From Vulcanimicrobiota bacterium (GTDB lineage Bacteria > Vulcanimicrobiota > Vulcanimicrobiia > Vulcanimicrobiales > Vulcanimicrobiaceae): a stretch of 64,000 bases of DNA. The notes below the pieces were generated by a model that worked only from the letters and a program-made list of their open reading frames with translations, was not told the DNA's origin and did not search any database. Both the position numbers and the translations under genes were made by a program. Location: positions 768,001 to 832,000 of the forward strand of contig CAWHWQ010000001.1 in assembly GCA_963833095.1 (NCBI GenBank). Reading direction: 5' to 3'. Shown piece after piece: positions 29,565-39,474 of the stretch (its first letter is position 1; each line of letters starts with the position of its first letter).

Positions 29565-29826
29565 ATGCCTCTATGTATTAAAAGTCTATCGACGGAATCC
29601 TGAGTATGCTTGTTGTTAGGAGAAGATTTTTGGCTCAAACGAATGAGGGTTCGGCCAAAAGGATGGCCTAGCCAATGGGATCGAGCGCTTGCCTTCGCCA
29701 GAGCGGGGGATGCGCTTGTGGGGCGCGACGTCCACGGCGGCCTACGCGGGAATTTCTCGAATGATTGGGGAGATGAACCTTAAAGACTATTCGTGGCCGC
29801 TTGCGCGAGCGGTATTGCCTCTAGGG

Positions 29827-31371
29827 CTAACGCACTGCGCCCGCAGTATTATCTCCGTCATATTCGCGGTGGCCCATCCACGGATTGTGGTAATATGCGC
29901 TGCCTCCTACGTGCGTCCCATAGGTCATCAATTCTCGTAGTTGCGATTGTGGACTCGTCGACGGACTGAATCGGTAAAGCGTCGGGTTGCCGTACTCGCC
30001 GGCGAACACGCCGCCCTGAACGACAACGATTCCACCGAAGATCGGCGTCGGGGTGGAATACCACCACAGCTGGTTTCCGGTCGCAAGGTCGAAGGCACCG
30101 AGTCCGTCGCAGCTCGCGCTGCAATTCGGTTTCGTGTAGCCGAAAAAGAGCATACCTTGCGAGATTGCCGGTGCCGAAAGTATGCCGTCGGTCGGATATG
30201 CCGAATCGGTGCCAGTAACAAGCGACCACACGATGTTGCCATGCAAATCCAGCACCGCGATTCCGCCGTGCAAACGGTCGGTACTGATCCGGTACGGCAC
30301 CACGATATACCGCCCGTCGGTCGCCAAAGCGCCGAATACGCTGCCGCCTGGGAACGGCGATTCTTTCCAGAGCAGTTGGCCGCTCGACGTATCATAGGCG
30401 TAGACGGTCCCATCCTTCGCGCCATCGACCACTTCGTCGTCGACGACGACGGGTGTCGCTCCGAAATCGAGGTCGTCCGCGTCGGGCGGCCCCGGCGTCG
30501 ACCACACCACGGCAAGCGAGTTTGGATCGAGGCGAACGATACTGTCCCCGTAGGGCTCGTTCGTAACGTCACACGTATTTCCGGTCGCAACGTACATACC
30601 GCCTGACCCATCGAACACCGGCGTGCTCCAGACGCCGTCGCCGCTCATACCGTTGACCGTCAGATTCGCGGCTGCGCGGGTAGCGGGCGAAAGCGGATCG
30701 AGCGCTAAGACTTGCCCTCCTTCGATACAATTGCCCGGTTCGGACTGATTAGATGCACCAATGTAGAGCGTACCATTTGCATACACCGGCGCCGCTCGAA
30801 AGTGTGCCCGCAATTCGCTATTATTGATCGGCGGCCCCCACAGGCTCGGCGGCGGATAGCTGAATTCCAGTTGACCCGATCCACTTGAAACAGCGAAGAA
30901 ATCGCCTGTGATACTCGGGAAATACAGGCTTCCAGCGGCAACGAGGGGTGACGCAAAGAAGCCCTCGGACGAAGGGGGCGCATAGTTCCAGATTTGGGCG
31001 CCGGTCGTTTCGTTGACGGCATAGGTATTGCCGCCTAGCTCCGTGCGGTAGACGACCCCCCGGGAGATCGCCACGGAAGAGAGTGTGCCAACGGTGCCAT
31101 GAAAAATCCACACCGGTCTTAAGGCCGCAACATTTCTCTCGGTGATTGAAGTTTGCAACGGGTTGTCGCCGCTTCCGCTAGGATCATAGCGCGCGGAGGT
31201 CCAAGCTGCGGCCGTGTCGCTTGCGTCGACATTTGGATTCGGCGGGGTCGGCGTTGCGACCGCCGCCTCGGGGATCGAAGCCGCCCCGCCTCCGCCCCCG
31301 CCGCACGCTGCGAGTATAACCCCAAATATAAGGCTGCTTATAATGCTAGACAATCTCACTTTCGCTAGCAT
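29827..31371 (-). CDS. PQQ-like beta-propeller repeat lipoprotein (paralogue 2)
   Basis: Lipobox LAAC-GGGG; colinear with paralogue 1 over its whole length. Start uncertain. Confidence 0.82.
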   Translation of the reverse strand: MLAKVRLSSIISSLIFGVILAACGGGGGGAASIPEAAVATPTPPNPNVDASDTAAAWTSARYDPSGSGDNPLQTSITERNVAALRPVWIFHGTVGTLSSVAISRGVVYRTELGGNTYAVNETTGAQIWNYAPPSSEGFFASPLVAAGSLYFPSITGDFFAVSSGSGQLEFSYPPPSLWGPPINNSELRAHFRAAPVYANGTLYIGASNQSEPGNCIEGGQVLALDPLSPATRAAANLTVNGMSGDGVWSTPVFDGSGGMYVATGNTCDVTNEPYGDSIVRLDPNSLAVVWSTPGPPDADDLDFGATPVVVDDEVVDGAKDGTVYAYDTSSGQLLWKESPFPGGSVFGALATDGRYIVVPYRISTDRLHGGIAVLDLHGNIVWSLVTGTDSAYPTDGILSAPAISQGMLFFGYTKPNCSASCDGLGAFDLATGNQLWWYSTPTPIFGGIVVVQGGVFAGEYGNPTLYRFSPSTSPQSQLRELMTYGTHVGGSAYYHNPWMGHREYDGDNTAGAVR

Positions 31372-31551
31372 ACGTGAAGAGTTTAATGTTGTTCCTTCTC
31401 GGCAATCTCTCAGCTTTCGGTGGGAATTTCCGGCGCAAACAGCGAGAAAGCCGACTTGCACATGTAAGATTAAGGAAATGGTGCGCCAACCTTTTGTCCA
31501 AAAGGGGCGCTGATGCCCAAGCCTGTTTCTTCCCGCTAAGAAAGCTGATCT

Positions 31552-33930
31552 CTGACTACGCGACGTATGTTTTTGGCCGCTGCCTCCGCCGCGCTGCTTC
31601 CGAGAGGCGTTCTCGCGGATGAGCCGGTCATACATCTGGCCACCTATGCGCATATCGATGTCGCCTGGCGATGGCCTCAACAGGAGGGACTCCAGCAGAG
31701 CGATTCGACGTTTCGCTCAGTGCTTCGGGTCCTTGATGCTTTTCCACAACTGAGGTTCTCGGAGACCAGCGCCTCGTACTACGCGTGGGTCCGCATTACG
31801 GACCCCAATACATTCGCTCGCGTCGCGAGTATGGTGAAGCTAGGGCGCTGGGAGCCGATCGGGGGGTGGTGGACAGAGGCTGACGTCAACATCGTGTCGG
31901 GTGAATCGCTCATGCGCCAGGGGTGGTTCGGCCTACGCGAATTCCGAGAGCATCTCGGGACCGGCACGTCGGTCGCGTTCCTTCCAGACAGCTTCGGATC
32001 ATCGGCCAATCTTCCGGCGATCTTGCGAGCTCAAGGCTTTGACTATTACGTCATTGGGCGCGGGATGTTCGCTGATGGAACGATTCCGCCCGGAGCATTC
32101 ATCTGGCACTCGCTCGGCGATTCGTCGGTGGTGGGCTACAACAACCCGTTGGCGGGTGGCACTAATGATGCCATCAAGACCGTCGACGAGGCGGCAAAAC
32201 TGGGGAATGACCCACTCGTCTGGTTCGGGTTGGGCGATCACGGCGGCGGCCCGACCATGGAATCCGTTGGAGCGCTGACGCAATATCTCAAAACCCCTGG
32301 CGCCCCGAAGGCGCAGTTTTCTCGGGTGGAGCCCTATCTGCGCTCGATCGGTTCGCCCCTTACGAATAAGCGCGGCGAGATTGAAGGCGTGTTCCCCGGC
32401 GCCTACACGAATTGCTATGACATGAAGCGGTCGGCGATCGACGCGGAACGGTCGCTCATCGATTGCGAGCGCTTCGACGTGCTCGCCACACTATGCGACA
32501 TCGATCTCCCCGCGCCCGACCTCGACGACTTGTGGGAGACGCTGCTGCTCAATCAACATCATGATACGATCTCCGCAACGGGGCTTCGTGGGAACATCGA
32601 GGCGGCAATAGGGCAAAACCGTTCCGTTGCCGATCGCGCGTCCGACAAATCGCGCGTTTATCTCGAGAGCATCCTCGATCGCATTCCCCATTCCCCAAGT
32701 GACGACGCGATGCTTGTGATCTTCAATCCATTGCCGCACGCCGTTCGTACCGTCACTCGTTATCCGTTGTCCGTTCCCCCGGGGAAGGTTCCGAACATCC
32801 TCGATAGCAGCGGCGCCGCGGCCGCGACTCAGATCGCCGCGTCCGACCAGACCATCTATCCCAATCAGAGCGCGCCGACGTGCATTACCGTCGACCTGCC
32901 GGCGTTTGGATTTGCGGCATATCGCGTGAAGGGGCACGCCGATGCTCCACCCGCCGCGCCGCTACATGTGCCCGGAATGCTTGAATCAAACGCACTGCGT
33001 GTGGAGTTAGATGCTTCTTCCGGCCTTCCGTCGCAGTTGCAGGATGCTCAAGGGACGGTTCTTTTGAGTAGGCCACGTTTCGCCGTCTTCAGCGATCGTG
33101 AAGACACCTGGGGATCGAATGGGCTCGCGACATACCCCGAATTCGGCTCTTTCGATCTGCAATCGCAGCGCGTGCTCGAGTGGGGGCCAGTGCGCATGGT
33201 CGTCGAGGGGACCTACGCATTCCGCGCTTCGCGACTCGTGGTGCGCACAGAGCTGCGGAACGGTGAGCGCGCGGTGCGCCTCATGATTGATGCGGACTGG
33301 AACGAGCCCTTCATGCGCTACGCTTTGGCGGTGGACGTCCCCGGGTCTACCGCCTTCTACGATATTCCGTTCGGCGTAATCGAGCGACCGTCAGCGCCGA
33401 GCATTGCTCCAGGCCTGTCTTTCATAGCTCGCCGTCGTGAACCGCGTGGAATGCTTGCGCTTGTGAGTTGCGGCAGTCACGGATTTTGGGCTTCCGCGAC
33501 CACAATCGGCGTCACGCTCGCGCGCTCGACGCCATACTCGTCCCTTGACTCGGTGGATCCGAGCGCTACCGACTTTCAAGACACCGGCCGGCGCCAAGTT
33601 TCGCTGATGATCTCACTCGGCGATGACGTTGCGGAATTACGCCGCGTCGCCGACGCCTTTGAGCGGACGTTCCCCGTGCTTTGGAATGGCGTGCACGACG
33701 GGCCCGCCAATCCCCGAGCGAGCTTCGCCCGAATTCCCGACGGCGTGACGCTCGCTTCTGCGCGAAGAACAGCTGGGTCGACCGAACTTCGCCTCCACAA
33801 CCTGAGCGCCGACGTCGTCGAGGCGACAGGTCGGGTCGGCTCGGCGGCGTTCGGTCTCACGCTGGACGCCTTTGGAATTCGCACCCTGGGGCTTCGCGGC
33901 GCACGATTTGAAGACGTTACGCAGGGCTAG
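31552..33930 (+). CDS. GH38 alpha-mannosidase-like protein, probable Tat substrate
   Basis: Motifs HIDVAWRW, WEPIGGWWTEAD, LPDSFG, GDHGGGP, NQHHD. In-frame TTRRMFL spans the first ATG (31567), so a CTG start at 31552 is possible. Confidence 0.85.
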   Translation: MTTRRMFLAAASAALLPRGVLADEPVIHLATYAHIDVAWRWPQQEGLQQSDSTFRSVLRVLDAFPQLRFSETSASYYAWVRITDPNTFARVASMVKLGRWEPIGGWWTEADVNIVSGESLMRQGWFGLREFREHLGTGTSVAFLPDSFGSSANLPAILRAQGFDYYVIGRGMFADGTIPPGAFIWHSLGDSSVVGYNNPLAGGTNDAIKTVDEAAKLGNDPLVWFGLGDHGGGPTMESVGALTQYLKTPGAPKAQFSRVEPYLRSIGSPLTNKRGEIEGVFPGAYTNCYDMKRSAIDAERSLIDCERFDVLATLCDIDLPAPDLDDLWETLLLNQHHDTISATGLRGNIEAAIGQNRSVADRASDKSRVYLESILDRIPHSPSDDAMLVIFNPLPHAVRTVTRYPLSVPPGKVPNILDSSGAAAATQIAASDQTIYPNQSAPTCITVDLPAFGFAAYRVKGHADAPPAAPLHVPGMLESNALRVELDASSGLPSQLQDAQGTVLLSRPRFAVFSDREDTWGSNGLATYPEFGSFDLQSQRVLEWGPVRMVVEGTYAFRASRLVVRTELRNGERAVRLMIDADWNEPFMRYALAVDVPGSTAFYDIPFGVIERPSAPSIAPGLSFIARRREPRGMLALVSCGSHGFWASATTIGVTLARSTPYSSLDSVDPSATDFQDTGRRQVSLMISLGDDVAELRRVADAFERTFPVLWNGVHDGPANPRASFARIPDGVTLASARRTAGSTELRLHNLSADVVEATGRVGSAAFGLTLDAFGIRTLGLRGARFEDVTQG

Positions 33931-36373
33931 AACTGCAGCGTTTGTCGCTGCGCTTCTTGTCCTTGTCTTCGCCGACCGGTTGAATAATATACCCTTGCTC
34001 GCCACTACTCTCGAAATCGTCTCATCGGCGATTTGCCTTGGCTTACTTCTTTTACCCAGTGCGAATGGCCAGCCAGAAAGCACCCGTTTGAACCCGCTCG
34101 CGGCGTCGCTGCTTGGCGCAAGTGGCGCGCTCGCGGGCACACTTGGCTGGCTTGCGGGAACTCCCGCATTCGCGCACGACTGGAAGTGGCCGCTGGATTC
34201 GCTTCAATCGCACGATCAGCTCGCAATGCTCGCATCGATATGGCTACCGTGGGGCTCCGGGGCGCCGGCGATACAGGCGCTTGGAAATTATCCGATCGCG
34301 TTACTTGGATGGGCATTCGGCTATCTACTCCCAAGCAATCTCGCGCTGCTCGCTGTGCTGACGATCATCGGTGGATGCGGCGGTTTGGGAATCGCAGCTC
34401 TCGCAGCGCGAGCAGGCCTCTCGCACCCGTATCAGGCAGTTCTCGCGCTTAGTTTTGCAGCGATGCCGGCGTGGTTCAATCGCCTGGATGCGGGCCATCT
34501 CGAATGGCTGCTTGGATACGCACTCTTTCCGGGCGCGCTTGCGATCGTGCTCTCCAGCATGGATGCTCGCCGAGTCGCGGGCACTCTTGGAGCTCTGTGG
34601 GGCATAGCCGGCGGACAGGCACAGTTTCTGTTCCTCTTTCCGCTGGTGGCACTCCCGCTCGCCGTTCGGTCGCGGCGGCTTGCCGCTGTCGGGGCGGCGC
34701 TGCTGCTCATGGTCGTCATTCAACTACCGGCAATCGTGGCAATGATCTACGCACATAGCCTCGGTGCGTTCGCGTCGCAACAAACTAACCTAACGTGGCA
34801 GATGGCCCAAAGCGATCCTCTTTCACTTTCTCTTCTCTCCGGCGCCGACCCGGCGCATTATTTCGCCCATTGGCAAAGCGCAAGCGCATTTGTGCTATCC
34901 CTCGGCATCGTTGTTTTTGCCGGAATCGGGGTCTTCAGCAGCAGCTTGACCCGAATCCTCGCTGCGGCATGGCTGCTCTGTGCGTTGTGGAGCAGCGGGC
35001 TCGACGGTCCGCTCGCGATTCCGATCGCGTGGTTCTTCACCCACGTCCCTGACGCAGTAGCGTTGCGCGAATTCGCGCATGTCCAAGCCGTTGTCGCACC
35101 ATTGATTGCTGTTTTAGGCGCTCATGGGATCTCGCGACTCGCTACTGCTTTGAAAGTCCGGGCTTGGGTTGGCGCCGCCGGGACGTTTCTCGCGCTGTTA
35201 CCCCTGACTGCGGCATCATTTTCTGGCGCGATCACGCGAATCGACGTTCCCGTGCCGCACTCGGCTTACCTCGAGCGGGTTGCGGCACAGATCGCGGCAA
35301 TGCCCGACGCGGGACAAATTCTTTGGTGGCCTGGAATTGCCCCAATCGCGCTACGAACCGATGCAACGCGCGGCGGTGTCGATAGCGAAGCCTTTGTGAC
35401 CGGAAAGCATGCGCCGTATGCCGAGTATCGTCCGACCGCAGCGCTCGCTCAAGCGCTCCTCGCTCTGCATTCGGGCGATCGTGCCGCCTGCGGATTGCTC
35501 GCAAACCTCGGTGTCCAGGCCGTGATCGTGCGCAACACTACGGAAGTTCCGCCCGGTGCGGCGTTGTCGTCGCTTGTGAACCCAAATCCCGACACCGCAG
35601 CTCACGCAGGCTTGATCGAAATGGCGACTCTTGGACCGTATCACATGTACAAAGTGCCCTGCTATCGCGGGCGCGTCACGATCGCGAACGACGCGCAAAT
35701 AACCGGCGACTGGTCCTCAATCATACCGATCGCGCGTCGCGTCGGCGCCACGGATGAACGGACCGGACCGCCGTCGCCGCCCCCCGGTTGCGTAGCAACA
35801 GCATTTCCCGCGGCTACACGCCAATCGACCGACATCACACGCGACTGGGTTCCACTCTCAGAGTTGGATTCGCATTTCTTGCAATTCGACAATGCGTTCG
35901 GCGACGTGCTGGTAACGCGCGATCGCAGCAGGCTCCTAAAAACGTGGGCGCTCGCAGCGCCGGCGTTTGCTCCGTATACCTGGCTACCGCCCGGGCGCGC
36001 GAACGAGCTCCTCCCCGCGACGATCGCCGTTTGGGAAACAGCACGTTGCCCCATCGGCGCGCAACCGGCGCGAGGCACGGTCGCGAATGCAGCGCCCTCG
36101 AGGTCATTCGAGAATGGGACTTTTTACCTATCGCGTACGAGCCTCGTCGTGGCTCATTACGGGTGGTATGCGGGATGGAGCTTGCTCGCGGACGGAGAAC
36201 CTGACCTCAAACCGACGCTCGCCGATGGTTACGCAACCGGTTGGCTCCTTCACCCTGGCCGGCGGCAGCTGGCGATGGTTGAGGCCGGGCCTCCAATCGG
36301 TCTGCTTTGGACCGGGGTGATTCTCGCCGGGCTCATCTGTTTGTTTATGATCGTCGTTCCTGTCCGCAGGTGA
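33908..36373 (+). CDS. large polytopic GT-C-like membrane protein
   Basis: HDWKWP after an early TM, RLDAGHLEWLLGYALFP, many TMs, a soluble domain, and a YfhO-like end (YAGW...ADGYATGW plus TM). Confidence 0.65.
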   Translation: MKTLRRARTAAFVAALLVLVFADRLNNIPLLATTLEIVSSAICLGLLLLPSANGQPESTRLNPLAASLLGASGALAGTLGWLAGTPAFAHDWKWPLDSLQSHDQLAMLASIWLPWGSGAPAIQALGNYPIALLGWAFGYLLPSNLALLAVLTIIGGCGGLGIAALAARAGLSHPYQAVLALSFAAMPAWFNRLDAGHLEWLLGYALFPGALAIVLSSMDARRVAGTLGALWGIAGGQAQFLFLFPLVALPLAVRSRRLAAVGAALLLMVVIQLPAIVAMIYAHSLGAFASQQTNLTWQMAQSDPLSLSLLSGADPAHYFAHWQSASAFVLSLGIVVFAGIGVFSSSLTRILAAAWLLCALWSSGLDGPLAIPIAWFFTHVPDAVALREFAHVQAVVAPLIAVLGAHGISRLATALKVRAWVGAAGTFLALLPLTAASFSGAITRIDVPVPHSAYLERVAAQIAAMPDAGQILWWPGIAPIALRTDATRGGVDSEAFVTGKHAPYAEYRPTAALAQALLALHSGDRAACGLLANLGVQAVIVRNTTEVPPGAALSSLVNPNPDTAAHAGLIEMATLGPYHMYKVPCYRGRVTIANDAQITGDWSSIIPIARRVGATDERTGPPSPPPGCVATAFPAATRQSTDITRDWVPLSELDSHFLQFDNAFGDVLVTRDRSRLLKTWALAAPAFAPYTWLPPGRANELLPATIAVWETARCPIGAQPARGTVANAAPSRSFENGTFYLSRTSLVVAHYGWYAGWSLLADGEPDLKPTLADGYATGWLLHPGRRQLAMVEAGPPIGLLWTGVILAGLICLFMIVVPVRR

Positions 36374-39300
36374 CGACTAACGAGGTTTTCTTCTTGACGC
36401 GCCGGACGCTCTTTCGTTCAATCTATCGTCATTGGCCGGTCCTTTTACCGGCGATCCTCGCGGTTGCCGTCTTTCACGCGTGGGTGACACCTGGTTTGAT
36501 CCTTGGCGCGGATTGGGTTCGACGAGTGCCGGGAGAACTCAACGCCTTCTTCCCCTGGCCCCCCGCGTGGAACGGCGCGCAGCAACTCGGCGAGACCAAC
36601 GAAGTCTACCTCTTCCAGTTTCCTTTGATGTCGCTCCTAGGGTTGTTTTCGCGACTCGGCGTGTCGTGGAACGTGATCGAACGCGTCTTCTTCTTCTGGC
36701 CTTACCTCGTACTAGGGATTGCGTGTCCCTATGCGCTCGCGCTACGACTTACGCGTTCGCCGGTCGCAAGCTCAGTAGCGGCGTCGATCTGCGTGGTGAA
36801 TACGTGGGTGATCATGGCAACCGAGCGCGGCGCGATTCCGTCGCTGATTGCCGCCGCGCTTATCCCGCTCTTCATGCTGATGACGCTCGATTTCATCGAG
36901 CGTCCCACGCCACGACGAGGTCTCACCATCGGGCTTGTCTTGACCGTTCTTCTTGTCTACGACTTGCGCTATGTCTATATCAGCGTATTCATGTCGTTGA
37001 TATTCGCGGTAGAGCAGCTCTGCAGGGAAAGGTCTCTCGAGCGGCTCCGGCGCGCAGCTCTGCCGCTCGGCGTCGCCGTGCTCACGGCGATTATCGCAAA
37101 TCTCTTTTGGATACTTCCGCAATTTTTTGAGCCCGCGAACAACGGGACCGATTACGGCACGTTGACCGACTACCTTTATAACTCCGCGTTCATGACGCCG
37201 CAGCATGCTTTGTCTAACTTTGCCGTATTCTATCATTGGGTCGCGTCCAACAACCCATTTCTACCGGCAAATCCGGACTGGTGGTTCTTCGCGCTGCCGG
37301 TTTGCGTATTCGTTTCTTTGTTCTTCGTCTGGCGCCGTAAATGGGTTTGGTCGCTCGCTGCCGGCGCCTTCGTCTCCGTGCTTCTGGATTCGGGGCCGTC
37401 GTTTCCGGTCGACAAGATCAATATCTGGATTTTCCTGCACACGCCCGGAATGTCGCTCTTTCGCGATGTCACGAAGTGGATGTCCTTGCTGGAAATAACC
37501 TATGCCGTCATCATAGCGCTTGGAATCGCGCGACTGTTAGCGTGGATTCGGTTGCGCTTTCCAAAGAACATCCAGCTACTCGCGGCGGCCGTTTCCATCG
37601 CGGCGGTCGCGTGTTACGCGATCGTCATGAACGACGCGTTCAACGTCACGCGCTTCCGCGTCTTCGCTACCTATCACATGCACAGCGACGTCTTGGCATT
37701 GGAGACTTTCCTGCAGTCGCGCCCCAACAAAGATCGCACGCTTATCATACCGCGCGACACCGAACCGATGCGTGCCGCGCTCGATCACCCGTTCGTCGAG
37801 GCGATGCAACTCGAGAACGGCTCTCCAAACGACGGCTTCCGCCACTTCAACGTTCATGTCGGGGATCTCTACACGTTTTTTGCCCAGCCTTACGCGCCGG
37901 ATCTACTGCGGCTCATGAACGTTCGTTACATTGTCGTACCTTATGATTACGACAAGGTCGTTTACTCGCCGCAAATTGCGGCGACGGGATACTACGACGC
38001 GCGCGATTTCATGGCGTCTCGTCCCTGGGCGCATTTCTTGAAGCGCATCGGCCGTCAATACGTTTTCGAGGTCGACGATCCACTCGAGGCCCGCGCGTTC
38101 GTCGCACCTTTCCCGTTCGTTTTGAACGGCTCGGCGGCCGGTCTCGCCGCGCTCAGCGGCACGCCACTTGTCAACCCCCGCCTAGCCGCCCTCCTCCCCG
38201 ATCAGCCGCTGCCCGGCATCGCCTCGCGCGTGCCGAATTATGTTGCTGCGGCATGGCCTGTGGACACGCTGGCTAACGGGAAGGCGGCTGCGGCTGCGAT
38301 TCTCTTGCGCGCCAAGCTGTTGGATTCCATGGCGCAACATGGTAAATTTCTATACGCTGCGGCGGCGATCGATACTGCGGGCACATCGAGCACCTGGTTC
38401 ATGCAGGACCGTCCGATACTGATGGGCACGAAGTTCCTTTGGCCAGCGACAGGCACGGCCAGGTATCAGGTCAACACGCTCGACGTGCGCACGCTCAATC
38501 GGTCGCTGCTCCGGAAGAACGCGTTCCCGCGCTCGCTATCGACCCTTCGCATCGATAACCGCGAGGCGAACTTTTTCCTCGACACGCAGACAAGCATTAA
38601 GCAAGCTGGATCGTTAGCCTACGACGCGCGCAGTCGTTCATATCGCGGAACCGTCGAGATCGACAGCAACAACCCCCTTCCGTTCCACGCGCGCCTTCCG
38701 TTAACCGGGTTGACGACGTCGCTGGGGATACCCACGAGCGCAATCACGATCGCCTTCGATGGAAAACGCTTCGCATGCGCTGATCACGCGTGCACGATCG
38801 AGGGCTCATTTGCACCGGGAGCAAACATCGCCCTGTTGACGGTGCCGGCCACGAGTTCGCCTGTGAAGCGTGCATCGTGGGGTCTGCACGACAAATCGAA
38901 CGCCTTCGACGAAAGCGTCGACCCCGGCCGCCGCGTTTTTCCAGTCCGCTGGCTCGCGCGAGGATTGAACATCCGCATGACCACGACGCCGTCACTGCGC
39001 TTTTACTGGACCGGTGACGCCATGTCAGACGATGCTACGGGCTATCTCGTCTACTCCATGCGCTCCGTCAAGGACGGAAGCACGACGCTCTTTCTCGATC
39101 GTGCCGGGCCGTTCTCGCCCGCTTTGCGCGGTGATTTTTCTGATTGGGTAGAGACGATCCTACGCGCCCGCTTCGCGCGGCTTCTGGCCGAACACCAGCA
39201 TAATCCATCGTGGTTGTTCGCCAATCGTCTGCCCCTCGAACCCGACGGCTCCGGGGTCTATACACTAACGGGAATCGGCATGACGATCATCGGGAAGACC

Positions 39301-39474
39301 GACTCGGCAGAACGCGCCTCACTCGAGCAATGGCTTCCCGCCGCGCTCGAAGTGCACGAGACGCCGGAGTCGTTTGAGATCGCCGGTTTTGACGCCGCAG
39401 TCTCGTCCGGCGAACGCGGCCTTCCCCGAGGATTTCCGTGCTCAATCTCCGGGATATCGTATCGAGCAGCGTGA
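36370..39474 (+). CDS. AftD/DUF3367-like giant GT-C membrane protein (N-terminal part)
   Basis: GADW, WNGAQQLG...YLFQFP, VIERVFF, PGMSLFRDVTKW, LLRLMNVRYIVV. About 12 TMs then a large soluble region. Confidence 0.65.
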   Translation: MTTNEVFFLTRRTLFRSIYRHWPVLLPAILAVAVFHAWVTPGLILGADWVRRVPGELNAFFPWPPAWNGAQQLGETNEVYLFQFPLMSLLGLFSRLGVSWNVIERVFFFWPYLVLGIACPYALALRLTRSPVASSVAASICVVNTWVIMATERGAIPSLIAAALIPLFMLMTLDFIERPTPRRGLTIGLVLTVLLVYDLRYVYISVFMSLIFAVEQLCRERSLERLRRAALPLGVAVLTAIIANLFWILPQFFEPANNGTDYGTLTDYLYNSAFMTPQHALSNFAVFYHWVASNNPFLPANPDWWFFALPVCVFVSLFFVWRRKWVWSLAAGAFVSVLLDSGPSFPVDKINIWIFLHTPGMSLFRDVTKWMSLLEITYAVIIALGIARLLAWIRLRFPKNIQLLAAAVSIAAVACYAIVMNDAFNVTRFRVFATYHMHSDVLALETFLQSRPNKDRTLIIPRDTEPMRAALDHPFVEAMQLENGSPNDGFRHFNVHVGDLYTFFAQPYAPDLLRLMNVRYIVVPYDYDKVVYSPQIAATGYYDARDFMASRPWAHFLKRIGRQYVFEVDDPLEARAFVAPFPFVLNGSAAGLAALSGTPLVNPRLAALLPDQPLPGIASRVPNYVAAAWPVDTLANGKAAAAAILLRAKLLDSMAQHGKFLYAAAAIDTAGTSSTWFMQDRPILMGTKFLWPATGTARYQVNTLDVRTLNRSLLRKNAFPRSLSTLRIDNREANFFLDTQTSIKQAGSLAYDARSRSYRGTVEIDSNNPLPFHARLPLTGLTTSLGIPTSAITIAFDGKRFACADHACTIEGSFAPGANIALLTVPATSSPVKRASWGLHDKSNAFDESVDPGRRVFPVRWLARGLNIRMTTTPSLRFYWTGDAMSDDATGYLVYSMRSVKDGSTTLFLDRAGPFSPALRGDFSDWVETILRARFARLLAEHQHNPSWLFANRLPLEPDGSGVYTLTGIGMTIIGKTDSAERASLEQWLPAALEVHETPESFEIAGFDAAVSSGERGLPRGFPCSISGISYRAA

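Noticed and set aside
29565..29826. 260-bp gap between the propeller paralogues as an ncRNA or small ORF (29689-29940)
   Set aside because: No recognisable RNA family or stable long structure. The ORF overlaps a real gene in antisense and lacks support.
39370..39474. Programmed ribosomal frameshift joining the two GT-C ORFs
   Set aside because: No canonical slippery heptamer recognised, and other indels in the window point to assembly error.
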